DNA of 64,000 nt from positions 212,634 through 276,633 of the forward strand of contig NZ_QMED01000002.1 of NCBI RefSeq assembly GCF_003286125.1, given 5' to 3'. A program made the position numbers and the translations under genes. Below the pieces are notes generated by a model, which was given only the letters and a program-made list of their open reading frames with translations, was not told the DNA's origin and did not search any database. Position 1 is the stretch's first letter; the number at the start of each line of letters is the position of its first letter. This document shows, piece by piece, positions 28,801 through 38,145 of this stretch. Source of the stretch: Algibacillus agarilyticus (GTDB taxonomy: Bacteria; Pseudomonadota; Gammaproteobacteria; Enterobacterales; Alteromonadaceae).

Positions 28801-30904
28801 TGCTTTGCGAGAATAATCTAAACTGTGCAGCAAACTCAGCGACCGCTTCGCCTGAACCAAGCGATTTTTGTTTTTGTCGGCCTTGGGCTTTTACTTGATT
28901 AAGCTTGGCGTATATTTCAGATATATCATCTAATAATTGAGTACGTACGGTCGCATCTTCAACTTTTAGACCATTAAGCACTTCTGTTAATAAATCAAGG
29001 CCGATTGATAGGCTGTCTAATTCTTCATTGAGCGGTGTTAATTCAACAACTAATTCAACGTCATCAATTTGTTGTTTTAACGTGTTTATTTGCTCATGGT
29101 AAGGCGATAACGCGGTATCACTCGCTAAAAAAGTCACCGTTGCTTGGCTAACTTGCTCAAAGGTTTCGGCGGCTTCTTCATCTAATTCTGTTAAACGCGC
29201 TAAATCAATGTAACGTTGCGCTTTTAAACTAATTAAATGACCACGCTGCTTGCGTAAACGACCCAAGCAATCAACAAATTCACGAGGTAACTGCCAATCA
29301 GGTATGCGCACCGACTGCATTATTTTTTTCTGGTCGGCTTCGGCTTCGGCTAACACTTTTTCAGCTTGGTGACGAATTTGCTCAACTTTAATAAATTCAT
29401 CAATCACTAAATCCGCATTGCTGCTGATCATTTTGACCGTTTCGCCAATAGCTGCAACATCACCCTCTGCTAACCAATAAAACGCATCAAAGAGTGTTTT
29501 GCTTTGGCTAATCAAATCTTCGTATAAATTACGACTTGGCTTAGGGTCAAAAATCATGCGATATAAACTGTTAAGTTCAGAGATGCCACGCACTAATTCT
29601 CGGTTACCAATACGACTGTAAAAGGTATCTTGTGTGGGTTGCTTAGCTGAAAACTCTTGACTGAAATAAGGCGTTTGCCACACCTGCATCGGATGCACGC
29701 GAGTCGGCTCTTCTTCGGCACTAAAAACCAGTGCCTGACCATCTTCATATAAACAATAGCCGTGGCCGTAAATCGGATTTTGTAAACCTTTGCGAATGAG
29801 GTTATACGAGAATAAACCAACAAGCCCTTCTTCGGGCTCATAAAAAACAAACAGAACATCTTCACCATTAGGTGAACGAATCGCACGTTTAAAAACTAAA
29901 CCTTCAATTTGATCGGGAAACGATTTGGTTTCGCCATTTTGCAAATAGTAACCGCCAGGAAAAATAATACCGTGGTCTTCGGGTAATGAAATGCACGCTG
30001 AGCCAATTGCATCAATGCGATCAACTTGGTTATTGCGGGTATTAAATACAAAATACCGATGCTGTTTTTCACGGTATGGCTGTATTTTAAGTAAAACAAG
30101 GCTGCCGACTTCAGCAAATTGAATATCGGCATCGGCTAAGCTTTGATTTTTATCATCGACGGGTTCGCTATAAATCCCCTCGCCTTCTTGGGTATTATTT
30201 TCAACCTTAATGGTTAAATCACCATTAATGGTTTCGACAAAGACTTTATCGAGCACGCTAACATGCGGATACTGACCCGAAACATGATCTTCGCGCGATA
30301 CACTTTGCCATTCAAAATCGTGGGTATTGGCTTTTTTTAAAATGCGTTCGCCACGATTGTCGATATACGTTGCGCTACCATCTTTATTGATTTGCCATTG
30401 AAAAACACGGGTATCAGTAATTTGGCGACCAATTTGAAAAATAGCAAACAGGCGTTCATTTTGAACCTGCAGTTGGATCAGTTTTGAATTTTTGTAATAT
30501 ACATAAAGCTCATTAAAATCTTTTTTAAAGACGGGGTCATCTAAAAAAGTCCCCGCTTGCGCGACTTCGGTTATTTCAAAACTCGAATTGTCATTCGATA
30601 AGGTATATAAACTGAATACATCACTGACTTGAGTTTCTTTTTTTAAGCCAATAAATACGTTGTAACCAAAGAGTAAAACATCGCCAACGCGGACGATATC
30701 GCGCGCAACACAGTTGTTTTCAGTGCGAGCACGCACGCGGCTCACAACTTCAAGCGGCGCTTGGCCAAATTCATCAATTCGAGCTTGGTTAAGCGCTTCA
30801 ACTTGTTGTTTTAATTGAGTGGCTTGTTCATTTAAGCGTGCGCATATTACTTCGTATGCACCGCCTTGTGTTACAGCATTATCAAGCGAGTCGTGTTCCG
30901 ACAT
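25823..30904 (-). CDS. Giant (1693 aa) protein: N-terminal globular region, central coiled coil, C-terminal MoxR/AAA_5-type AAA+ ATPase domain; last gene of the NfeD-flotillin operon
   Basis: P-loop LLISPPGYGKTTL, Walker B VMLYLDDIQH, sensor-1-like VVMSGNPYTES; heptad-rich segments at about aa 600-850; single uninterrupted ORF. Confidence 0.8.
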   Translation of the reverse strand: MSEHDSLDNAVTQGGAYEVICARLNEQATQLKQQVEALNQARIDEFGQAPLEVVSRVRARTENNCVARDIVRVGDVLLFGYNVFIGLKKETQVSDVFSLYTLSNDNSSFEITEVAQAGTFLDDPVFKKDFNELYVYYKNSKLIQLQVQNERLFAIFQIGRQITDTRVFQWQINKDGSATYIDNRGERILKKANTHDFEWQSVSREDHVSGQYPHVSVLDKVFVETINGDLTIKVENNTQEGEGIYSEPVDDKNQSLADADIQFAEVGSLVLLKIQPYREKQHRYFVFNTRNNQVDRIDAIGSACISLPEDHGIIFPGGYYLQNGETKSFPDQIEGLVFKRAIRSPNGEDVLFVFYEPEEGLVGLFSYNLIRKGLQNPIYGHGYCLYEDGQALVFSAEEEPTRVHPMQVWQTPYFSQEFSAKQPTQDTFYSRIGNRELVRGISELNSLYRMIFDPKPSRNLYEDLISQSKTLFDAFYWLAEGDVAAIGETVKMISSNADLVIDEFIKVEQIRHQAEKVLAEAEADQKKIMQSVRIPDWQLPREFVDCLGRLRKQRGHLISLKAQRYIDLARLTELDEEAAETFEQVSQATVTFLASDTALSPYHEQINTLKQQIDDVELVVELTPLNEELDSLSIGLDLLTEVLNGLKVEDATVRTQLLDDISEIYAKLNQVKAQGRQKQKSLGSGEAVAEFAAQFRLFSQSITSALAIADSPEKADEQLSRLLIQLEELESKFSEYDEFLSDILAKREELQDAFENRKQSLVEEQQRRAQNLASAAARIISGVERRATSFSDVDQLNTYFASDAMVLKLADLAQQLRDLADPIKADDIDAQLKAAKEQAIRSLRDKQDIFEDGGAIIKLGKHKFSVNTQGLDLTLLPRDDGMYKHLTGTDYFERIEHEELSTLSPYWQQNLVSENSAVARSEYLAYSVLQHAENQTEGLSLTALYESIETPDYLLTAIRKYMTPRYQEGYEKGIHDVDASLILQALLPIHQQAGLLRYSAAARSIASLFWQNSPLAKQKIALWQRHARSAHLLASALNSRKGFTELLAELTQALQQFVTDADLPFNSNLIANAADYLSLVLAAPELQFVNSQLAQQLAQDLLDYLDSIGHLNDYKDAIARFTHLSDTAHYQPGQTLLGLAEQWGLCTSWLDAFIEFKLKQTHEDNTIYQQASHYITEAATLLLCEDLPRSVATVQLDTQISGLLSDHSRIKEGSLALSLDEFNTRLATFNNTSVPAFKRYHALRNQLMHDYRSQLQLESFKANPLSSFVRNRLINEVYLQIIGDNLAKQMGTVGDDKRTDLMGLLLLISPPGYGKTTLMEYVANRLGLVFMKINCPSLGHDVTSLDPQQAPNATAQQELEKINLGFEMGSNVMLYLDDIQHTHPEFLQKFIALCDGTRRIEGVWQGKTKTYDMRGKKFCVVMSGNPYTESGDVFKVPDMLANRADIYNLGDVLGGKEEQFALSYIENSLTSNPVLAPLALRDMQDLYRFVELANGGEVASTDFSYDYSAAERNEIIQVLQHLFEIQKVILKVNLQYIASAATAEDYRTEPPFKLQGSYRNMNKMAEKVSSVMDKAELMRLIGDHYVGEAQTLTSGAEENLLKLAQLRGALNEEQNERWQHICSQYKRKQAMGDESDPSQQMANQLTLVAQTLGDIQQGLTQSQSQQLIDPINDIGKAMRALGRAWAGTNGAKD

Positions 30905-30998
30905 GGTTTTATTATACTCCCTGGCGAAGATATGGCAGGTAAACAGCAGGTATACGCTTTAAGTGGGCATACCTGTGTTTAATTGAAAGAGACCGGTG

Positions 30999-33002
30999 TT
31001 ACTTTTTACCACCTAGTGCAGAGCTAATCATGTTCATTAATTCTGGATTGCTATCGGCATTTTTAAGTAACTTACCAACTAAGGCCGTTGTCGCGACATC
31101 TTTAATTTCACCGGTTGCACCGCCAAAGCCGGCGACCAACTCTTTTGCATCTTCAACAAAGCTAGCATCACCATTTAAATGGTCTTTAAAGGCGGTACTT
31201 AAAGTGTTACTTTTTTCGATCGCACCATCAATTGATTTACCCACCGCAAGCGATTTAACAAAGCTATCAAAGTAAGCCGTATCACCACCCACAATATCAA
31301 TTTTAGCTTGCTTAAGTGCTTCGGCTAATACAACAGCTTGCTCTTTCGCAATATTTACATTGGCATCAATATTGTGCAATATTTGCTCATGTTGTTTTTC
31401 AAGCTGCATACGGAACTCTTCATGTGCGCGTTGCTGTTCAGACATGGTCTCCATGGCCGCAAATTTCTTAGTCATTCCTTCTGCTTCTGCGGCTGCTTTT
31501 TCAGCTAGCACTTTAGCATCGGCTAAACCGGTTTTTTCTATTGCGTCAGCTTTAGCTTCGGTTACACGCACTTCCGCCATGCCTTCTTGCTCATAAGCAA
31601 TCGCTTTCGCTTCCATGACTTTAGCTTCGGCTAAGCCGGTTGCTGCCGCTAACGCTTCTGTACCTTCAGCTTCGCGTTTTTGCGATAATGCATTTTTCTC
31701 AGCGACTTCTAAGTCTGCTTGCGCAATTAAGGTTTTTTCTTTCGCTAAGTATTCGGCTGATTTCTCTGCGGCTTCTGCGGCTTTAATATCGCGCACTAAT
31801 GCTTGCTCTGCATCGGCTTCGGCATTAATAATAAGTGATTTTTTCTCGCGTTCAGCTTCAGAAACCAAACGAAGTTCTTTTATTTCTTCTTCGCGTTGTG
31901 CAACCGTTTTATCAACTTCAACTCGGCTACGAATAACTTCCGCTATTTCTCGCTTTTCATGTTCAACGAGTTTTTCGTTAGCAATCGTTTGTAACGCAAT
32001 TTCTTTTTCACGTTCAATACGCTCAAGATCACGCGCTTTAATAACACGCTCTTCTTCAATCGCCACCGCACGTTGTTTGTTGTTTTCCGCAACTTCAACT
32101 TCACGTTGTTTATTTTGCTCTTGTACTTCGGCTTCTTGCTCAGTTTGAATACGCGCTTGTTCTGATTTTAAATGCTCTTCGTGTTTAACCCGTTCTGTTT
32201 CAGCGGTTTCGCGAGCAATAACGGTTTCGATTTCGCGCTTTTGCTTTGCTTCAGCATCGGCCTGTTGGCGTTCTAGCTCAAGCATGGCTTCGCGTGTTTC
32301 AACATCTTTACGCTTGATTTTCATTTCTTCATCACGTTGAAAAACATTGGTTTGAATGTTTTGCTCAGCGGTTAATTCAGTAATTTTACGAATACCTTGT
32401 GAATCAAGAATATTATTAGGGTCAAGCTTATTAAGTGGGGTTTGCTCAAGGTAATCGATGGCAACATCTTCAAGCACATAACCATTTAAATCGGTACCAA
32501 TGTTATCAATGATCATATCGCGAAAATTATCGCGCTTGGCATAGAGTTCAACAAACTCTAACGATTTACCCACGGTTTTAAGGGCTTCCGAGAATTTTGC
32601 ACTAAATAGCTCTTCTAACGTCGCAATATTTGAAGCGCGCTCACAACCAATGGCTTGTGCTACTTTTAATACGTCATCACGGTTTTTATTTACGCGAACA
32701 AAAAAGCCCACTTTTATATCGGCTCTAATATTATCTCGACATATCAAACCATCAGAGCCATTACGATCAACTTCTATTGTTTTGAGCGAGATATCCATAA
32801 TCTCCATTTTATGGAATACAGGCACAACAACTGAGCCAGTAAACGTAACATTAGGTTCAGCGCGCATGGTGTTCACAATCATCGCTTTACCTTGTTCAAC
32901 CTTGCGGTATAAGCTCGCTAAAAAAAATAAAATAGCTAACGCAAAAACAGCAATACCAACACCTATGCCTAACCAGACTTCCCACGTAAAACTTAATTCC
33001 AT
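30999..33002 (-). CDS. yqiK: Flotillin-family SPFH protein (YqiK-like, long form)
   Basis: TM helix then an SPFH domain and a very long Ala/Glu/Lys-rich coiled coil; start set at the Met (MELSFT), which is preceded by GGGAG and overlaps the upstream stop (TAATGG). Confidence 0.85.
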   Translation of the reverse strand: MELSFTWEVWLGIGVGIAVFALAILFFLASLYRKVEQGKAMIVNTMRAEPNVTFTGSVVVPVFHKMEIMDISLKTIEVDRNGSDGLICRDNIRADIKVGFFVRVNKNRDDVLKVAQAIGCERASNIATLEELFSAKFSEALKTVGKSLEFVELYAKRDNFRDMIIDNIGTDLNGYVLEDVAIDYLEQTPLNKLDPNNILDSQGIRKITELTAEQNIQTNVFQRDEEMKIKRKDVETREAMLELERQQADAEAKQKREIETVIARETAETERVKHEEHLKSEQARIQTEQEAEVQEQNKQREVEVAENNKQRAVAIEEERVIKARDLERIEREKEIALQTIANEKLVEHEKREIAEVIRSRVEVDKTVAQREEEIKELRLVSEAEREKKSLIINAEADAEQALVRDIKAAEAAEKSAEYLAKEKTLIAQADLEVAEKNALSQKREAEGTEALAAATGLAEAKVMEAKAIAYEQEGMAEVRVTEAKADAIEKTGLADAKVLAEKAAAEAEGMTKKFAAMETMSEQQRAHEEFRMQLEKQHEQILHNIDANVNIAKEQAVVLAEALKQAKIDIVGGDTAYFDSFVKSLAVGKSIDGAIEKSNTLSTAFKDHLNGDASFVEDAKELVAGFGGATGEIKDVATTALVGKLLKNADSNPELMNMISSALGGKK

Positions 33003-33013
33003 TTCTGCTCCCA

Positions 33014-33655
33014 TTAATTTTGATTTAATAATTCGTATTCGGTGACCACCCAAAAGTGATCGTTATTTTTGTCGTAACTAATTAAGGCAATGCGATCGCC
33101 TTTGCTTATGTTATTAGGTTCATCAGCTCTTACACTGAGCACCATACTGCCGTCATCTAAAACAGCCTGACCAAATTTGTTAGTCACTTTAGTCGTGGTA
33201 ACCACGCAAATTTGCCCCGTAATATCTGATTTTGACACTGCTTCGTGTGTATAAAAAAAACGTCTTAATGGCTTTATGCTAATAGCCGTAAGCGGGATCG
33301 CAACAACAACCGCAAATAGCGCAATTAAGCTGCCGAGTACAGCCGAAGTAATCAGCTCATCAGCCAATGGCATCATAAACTTACGTGCCACGTAACTTAA
33401 CCCAAGGCCATAAGCATCTAAAAAGGTCAGCACAACCATTAATGGCGCACCGTCTAGGCCGAGTTTTTGTAACCAAGAGGTTTCGGTTTGATTGTCGTTT
33501 TCTATTTCAGGTTCAATGTCGGCAATTTCAATATCGACAAAACCAAGCAGGGCAACCAGCCAAAAAAAGAAGATAACAACAAGTGGGAGAGAAAAGATAA
33601 TGTTAGGGAAACTAAAAACTTCTGTTAAAAATAAATCCATTTTAATAAACCACAT
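33014..33655 (-). CDS. yqiJ: NfeD-like/YqiJ-family membrane protein (OB-fold C-terminus)
   Basis: Multi-TM N-half and a soluble C-terminal beta-rich domain, as in NfeD/YqiJ proteins encoded upstream of flotillins; the ORF track start is a TTG and the first ATG is used here. Confidence 0.65.
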   Translation of the reverse strand: MWFIKMDLFLTEVFSFPNIIFSLPLVVIFFFWLVALLGFVDIEIADIEPEIENDNQTETSWLQKLGLDGAPLMVVLTFLDAYGLGLSYVARKFMMPLADELITSAVLGSLIALFAVVVAIPLTAISIKPLRRFFYTHEAVSKSDITGQICVVTTTKVTNKFGQAVLDDGSMVLSVRADEPNNISKGDRIALISYDKNNDHFWVVTEYELLNQN

Positions 33656-33825
33656 ACTACATCCGATTAACGCCAATGTAGCTTATTTTTATCGCGCTGT
33701 TAACTAGAATATGACATCAATTGTATGAAATTAAGTTTTTGCCATCTTTTGGTATATTAATTAAATCGTTTGCCAGTCATAATAAAATATACATGATTGA
33801 AATTAGTTAATTAAATGGAATTTAC

Positions 33826-34218
33826 ATGAGCGAAGCACACACAATAGGATTAGGAACAATAAAAGCAATACGCCACGATATTGCCGAAGTTATCTGTCAT
33901 GAAGGCATTGAAATTACATTAGAGATGGTTGCTGAATACCACCAGTTTTTAGCGGATCATTTTGCCTCGCCTTGTTCTGTATTAGTTAATAAAATAAATG
34001 CCTATACTTACACTTTTGAAGCTCAGCTCGAAATAGGCACGGCAGCGCATATTAATTCACTCGCATTTGTTACCTACAACCGAGTCGCTGAAATTGCCGT
34101 ACAAACCTTATCGGCTTATCCGCGTAAAAAAAATTGGCAAGATAATTTTTTTAATGACAAAGAAGACGCGATACAATGGCTTATAGCTCAGCAAGAAAAT
34201 GTGAACACTAAAAAATAA
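33826..34218 (+). CDS. Hypothetical protein (130 aa)
   Basis: Clean ORF with a plausible start; no recognised motif. Confidence 0.4.
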   Translation: MSEAHTIGLGTIKAIRHDIAEVICHEGIEITLEMVAEYHQFLADHFASPCSVLVNKINAYTYTFEAQLEIGTAAHINSLAFVTYNRVAEIAVQTLSAYPRKKNWQDNFFNDKEDAIQWLIAQQENVNTKK

Positions 34219-34327
34219 TGCCATCTTACCTAATTTGATAATAGCGCAACTAGCCGCTGATTAATGATATCTGCTACAATCGCCACTCTTTATACCAATG
34301 TTACTTTAAATTAAGTTTTAACGCGTT

Positions 34328-35692
34328 ATGTCTAATCAGTTATCCCGTTACGAGAAAAAAATAGCAGCCGCTTGTGCCAGTGTATTTGGTTTACGCATGC
34401 TCGGTTTATTCATGTTAATGCCTGTGATGGCCATTTACGGACAAACGCTTGAAGGTTTCTCTCCTATTTGGATTGGTATTATCATTGGCGCTTATGGTTT
34501 AACCCAAGCCTTGTTACAAATACCGATGGGCTTGTTGTCTGATAAATGGGGCCGCCGGCCTGTTATGTTATTGGGTTTAACACTTTTTGCTATTGGCTCA
34601 CTCATTGCCGCCAATTCAGATCATGTTATTGGTGTTGCGATTGGTCGCTTTTTACAAGGTACAGGCGCGATAGCCAGTGCCGTTTTAGCGTTAGCTGCCG
34701 ATTTAACTCGAGAAGAGCAACGCCCTAAAGTAATGGCCATTATTGGCATGTGTATTGGTTTAGCCTTCGCTTTCGCCATGATATTAGGCCCCGTTGTAGC
34801 CGCTAAAGCGGGTATTCATGGTATTTTTTGGTTAACCGCTGTGCTCGCTTTTGTTGGGATAGCCATTGTGTTTTTTACCATTCCCGATACGGTTAACCGC
34901 GGAGCTCAACGCGATGCAATACCGGTTCCGGCGCAATTAAGTCAGATGATCCAACACCCACAACTGAGTAAATTAAATATAGGCGTGTTTTTTCTACATT
35001 TACAATTAACCACGCTGTTTGTCATTATTCCAGGTTTGTTAGTCACCGCAGGCATGCAATCGGAAAGTCATTGGATGATTTATTTTCCGGCATTGTTATG
35101 TTCATTTATTGTGATGGCCCCCATGTTAATGTGGGCCATAAAACAGCATAAAGAAGCGTTTGTGTTTAAACTGTCAATTGCGATTATTGCACTTGCCATG
35201 TTAAGCGTCGGTTTATTTCAAAGTCATACACTCGTTTTAATTTTTTCGTTAATTAGCTTTTTTGCTGCTTTTAACTTTTTAGAAGCCAATTTACCCGCTT
35301 GGGTAAGTCGCATTGCACCTGCGGGTCAAAAAGGATCTGCGATGGGCGTATTCTCAACATGTCAATTTGCGGGGGCTTTTTTTGGTGGCTTACTCGGCGG
35401 TTTACTGCTTGAGCATTCAACCCCGTTAATTGCGTTATCGGTTATTGCGGCCTTAGCCTTACCGTGGATATATTTAAGCCATAAATTAACGCTACCTAAA
35501 CGTACAAAACCTAAAGTGATCAGTGTTGAGGTTGCAGACCATCAAGCAGCAGAATTACTCGCTGAGAGGTTAGTCAAAATAGCAGGCGTAGAAGAAGCAG
35601 TCGTGTTTGTAGAAGAACAAAAAGCCTATTTAAAAGTATTACCCAAAGCGCTAGATGAAGAGCAATTGCAAATAACTATCACCCCGGTCTAA
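34328..35692 (+). CDS. MFS transporter with a hydrophilic C-terminal extension
   Basis: 12-TM pattern and an MFS motif region GLLSDKWGRRPVM; 454 aa. Confidence 0.8.
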   Translation: MSNQLSRYEKKIAAACASVFGLRMLGLFMLMPVMAIYGQTLEGFSPIWIGIIIGAYGLTQALLQIPMGLLSDKWGRRPVMLLGLTLFAIGSLIAANSDHVIGVAIGRFLQGTGAIASAVLALAADLTREEQRPKVMAIIGMCIGLAFAFAMILGPVVAAKAGIHGIFWLTAVLAFVGIAIVFFTIPDTVNRGAQRDAIPVPAQLSQMIQHPQLSKLNIGVFFLHLQLTTLFVIIPGLLVTAGMQSESHWMIYFPALLCSFIVMAPMLMWAIKQHKEAFVFKLSIAIIALAMLSVGLFQSHTLVLIFSLISFFAAFNFLEANLPAWVSRIAPAGQKGSAMGVFSTCQFAGAFFGGLLGGLLLEHSTPLIALSVIAALALPWIYLSHKLTLPKRTKPKVISVEVADHQAAELLAERLVKIAGVEEAVVFVEEQKAYLKVLPKALDEEQLQITITPV

Positions 35693-35824
35693 AAGACCAT
35701 AGCGTTTTAAATCAGACACAAAAAAAGTCGCTCATGAGCGACATTTTGTTTTTAGATTTATTACTTTTTAACCGTAATTTATTTACTGTAAGAACACTTG
35801 GTTTTAGCTAGTTTAGAATTAACT

Positions 35825-36169
35825 TTATTCTAACCTAAGTGTTGTATAAACCTGAGTGTCGTCATCACGTTGAATGACAATAGGCACTAAATCACCCGGA
35901 TGTCGTTTTAGGCGTTGCTTTGCTTCACTTGTTAAACAACCTGGAACCTGACAATCATCAATTGCAACAATGCGATCACCGACTTGTAAGCCTGCTTTTT
36001 CGGCTGGAGAGTTTGATTCAATAAAAGAGATTTCTGCTGATTCTAACACTGAACTGAAAAAGCCGCTCACGCCAACATCTAACTCAAGGCCAGCTTTACC
36101 TTGATCGTCGTTGTATGCATTGCCAGCAAAAGACAAACTTAGAGCGACTAAACCTGTTTGAATTTTCAT
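35825..36169 (-). CDS. Small secreted PDZ-domain protein
   Basis: Signal peptide plus AEKAGLQVGDRIVAIDD, the PDZ carboxylate-binding region. Confidence 0.6.
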   Translation of the reverse strand: MKIQTGLVALSLSFAGNAYNDDQGKAGLELDVGVSGFFSSVLESAEISFIESNSPAEKAGLQVGDRIVAIDDCQVPGCLTSEAKQRLKRHPGDLVPIVIQRDDDTQVYTTLRLE

Positions 36170-36484
36170 ATAACCACCTGACGTTAATATTTATAGTAAT
36201 AGATTAGACAGGTATAACCGATTAAGTTCAACTATTTTTGTTAAAAAAATGTTTATTTTATTTCACTTGTTAATTATTCAATCCATTAGTGATTGAAATA
36301 TATACTTTTTATTTTATTCTAGTTTTTAACTTTTTTGTTAACTTTTAAACCACACCCACCAAACACCTCAGATACAAAGTTACAAAGTTACAAATTAACA
36401 AAAATTAAGGAAAGAATAATATTTAATGACGTAACAAAACAGCCCTAAAAGCGCCTACCAACAATAAGCTATCCAAATCGCTAA

Positions 36485-36613
36485 TATAGTCTTCTCGCTC
36501 AGGTTTTATGGTTCATTGTCAGCGCTTACTCGCCCCAATCACATAGTAGAGCATATGCTCATGGCGTCTCGAAGCTTGACGGCTTCCCCTAAAACCCGAT
36601 CGCTTTGACTATA
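36485..36613 (+). repeat. Copy 2 of the modular repeat element (129 bp, lacks the 49-bp hairpin module)
   Basis: Near-identical to the copy 1 ends; lies in the PDZ/GH16 divergent promoter region. Confidence 0.75.
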
Positions 36614-36762
36614 TATTATTTTACCCACACGAAAATAGTTAACAATCGACATAAAAAATAAATTTAAATTTAACATTATATTGACAACTGTTAACAAAAG
36701 ATCATAAAGTTGCTGCAAGAAAAATGATAACAACCTTAACAATGAATCCAAAAGGGCCAAAA

Positions 36763-38145
36763 ATGAAAAAACAATCAATTTTACTTTTAGGTGCATTAAG
36801 CACTGCTTTTACAGTAAATTCAGCTGATTGGGACAATATACCTTTACCTGTAGCAGCAGGTGATGGGCAAACATGGCAGTTACAAGATAGTTATTCAGAT
36901 TCATTCAATTACACAGGTAAAACGAGTACATTCACCAGTAAGTGGAACGACACTTACTTTCATGGTTGGACAGGTCCAGGGTTAACGTATTGGAATAGCG
37001 ACGAATCTTGGGTATCAGATGGTAACTTAATTATAGGTGCATCTCGCCGAGCTGGCACAAATCAAGTTAATGCAGGTGTTGTAACTTCAAAAACTAAAGT
37101 TAAATACCCTATTTTTTTAGAAGCTAAAATTAAAGTCAGTAATTTAGAATTATCTTCAAATTTTTGGTTACTCAGCGAAAATGATGAACGCGAAATCGAT
37201 GTATTAGAAGTTTACGGTGGCTCACGACAAACTTGGTTTGCACAAAATATGTCAACTAACTTCCATGTATTTTTACGTGACCCGCAAACTAATGAAATCA
37301 TCAGTGATTTTAATGACCAAACGCATGTAACGCCACCATGGGGCACATACTGGCGTGATGGCTTCCATCGTTTTGGTGTTTACTGGAAAAGCCCAACCGA
37401 AGTTACCTTTTACATAGACGGCCAGCAAACAACAGACGGCTCTTGGGCTCAAGTGGTTATGAAAGACAAAGACTACACAGGCGCAATTTTAGATAAAAGC
37501 CAATACAACATAGATGAAGAAGCCTTCATTATTATTGATACTGAAGATCATTCGTGGCGCTCAGAAGCCGGTAATATTGCAACTGATGCCGATTTGGCCG
37601 ATAACAGTAAAAATAAAATGTATGTTGATTGGATCCGTGTTTATAAGCCGGTGTCAGATGGTAGTTCAGGCGGTGACAATGGCGGCGATACGGGTAATGG
37701 CTCTACAAGCGGCGTACCAACCGGTATTACGAATGTACAAGCTAAGCACAGTAGTAAATGCTTAGATGTGGCTAATGGCGCGATGTATAACGGTAGTACT
37801 TATCACCAATGGGGTTGTAATACGAGCAATGCCAATCAACAATTCACGTTCACCAGTTTAGGTAATAGTGAATACGCTATTACTTCGCAGAAAAGTGGTT
37901 TATGTGTTGAACTAAAAGATGGCAGCACCGCTAATGGGGCAACCGTTCAGCAATATGTTTGTAATCACAGTGATGCCAACCAGCGCTGGAAATTAATTGA
38001 CCAAGGCGATGGGTATTACGAAATCCGTTCAACAGTGAGCAATAAGTGTTTAGATGTTGCAGGTCAAGGTACCGCTAATGGGGCCGCATTTAATCAGTGG
38101 AACTGCTTTAATGGCAACAACCAGCGCTTTAAATTTGTTAACTAA
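36763..38145 (+). CDS. Family GH16 glycoside hydrolase (agarase/laminarinase/carrageenase-type) with a C-terminal ricin-B (CBM13-like) lectin domain
   Basis: GH16 catalytic motif EREIDVLEV; signal peptide from the Met (MKKQSILLLG); C-terminal triple QxW-like repeats (HQWGC, QQYVC, NQWNC). Confidence 0.75.
   Translation: MKKQSILLLGALSTAFTVNSADWDNIPLPVAAGDGQTWQLQDSYSDSFNYTGKTSTFTSKWNDTYFHGWTGPGLTYWNSDESWVSDGNLIIGASRRAGTNQVNAGVVTSKTKVKYPIFLEAKIKVSNLELSSNFWLLSENDEREIDVLEVYGGSRQTWFAQNMSTNFHVFLRDPQTNEIISDFNDQTHVTPPWGTYWRDGFHRFGVYWKSPTEVTFYIDGQQTTDGSWAQVVMKDKDYTGAILDKSQYNIDEEAFIIIDTEDHSWRSEAGNIATDADLADNSKNKMYVDWIRVYKPVSDGSSGGDNGGDTGNGSTSGVPTGITNVQAKHSSKCLDVANGAMYNGSTYHQWGCNTSNANQQFTFTSLGNSEYAITSQKSGLCVELKDGSTANGATVQQYVCNHSDANQRWKLIDQGDGYYEIRSTVSNKCLDVAGQGTANGAAFNQWNCFNGNNQRFKFVN

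Noticed and set aside
31030-33045. Several plus-strand ORFs (81-177 aa, Ser/Ala/Cys-rich) antisense to the flotillin gene
   Set aside because: They are low-complexity translations of the reverse strand of a GAA/GCA-rich coiled-coil coding region. The minus-strand flotillin ORF is far longer and has recognisable domains.
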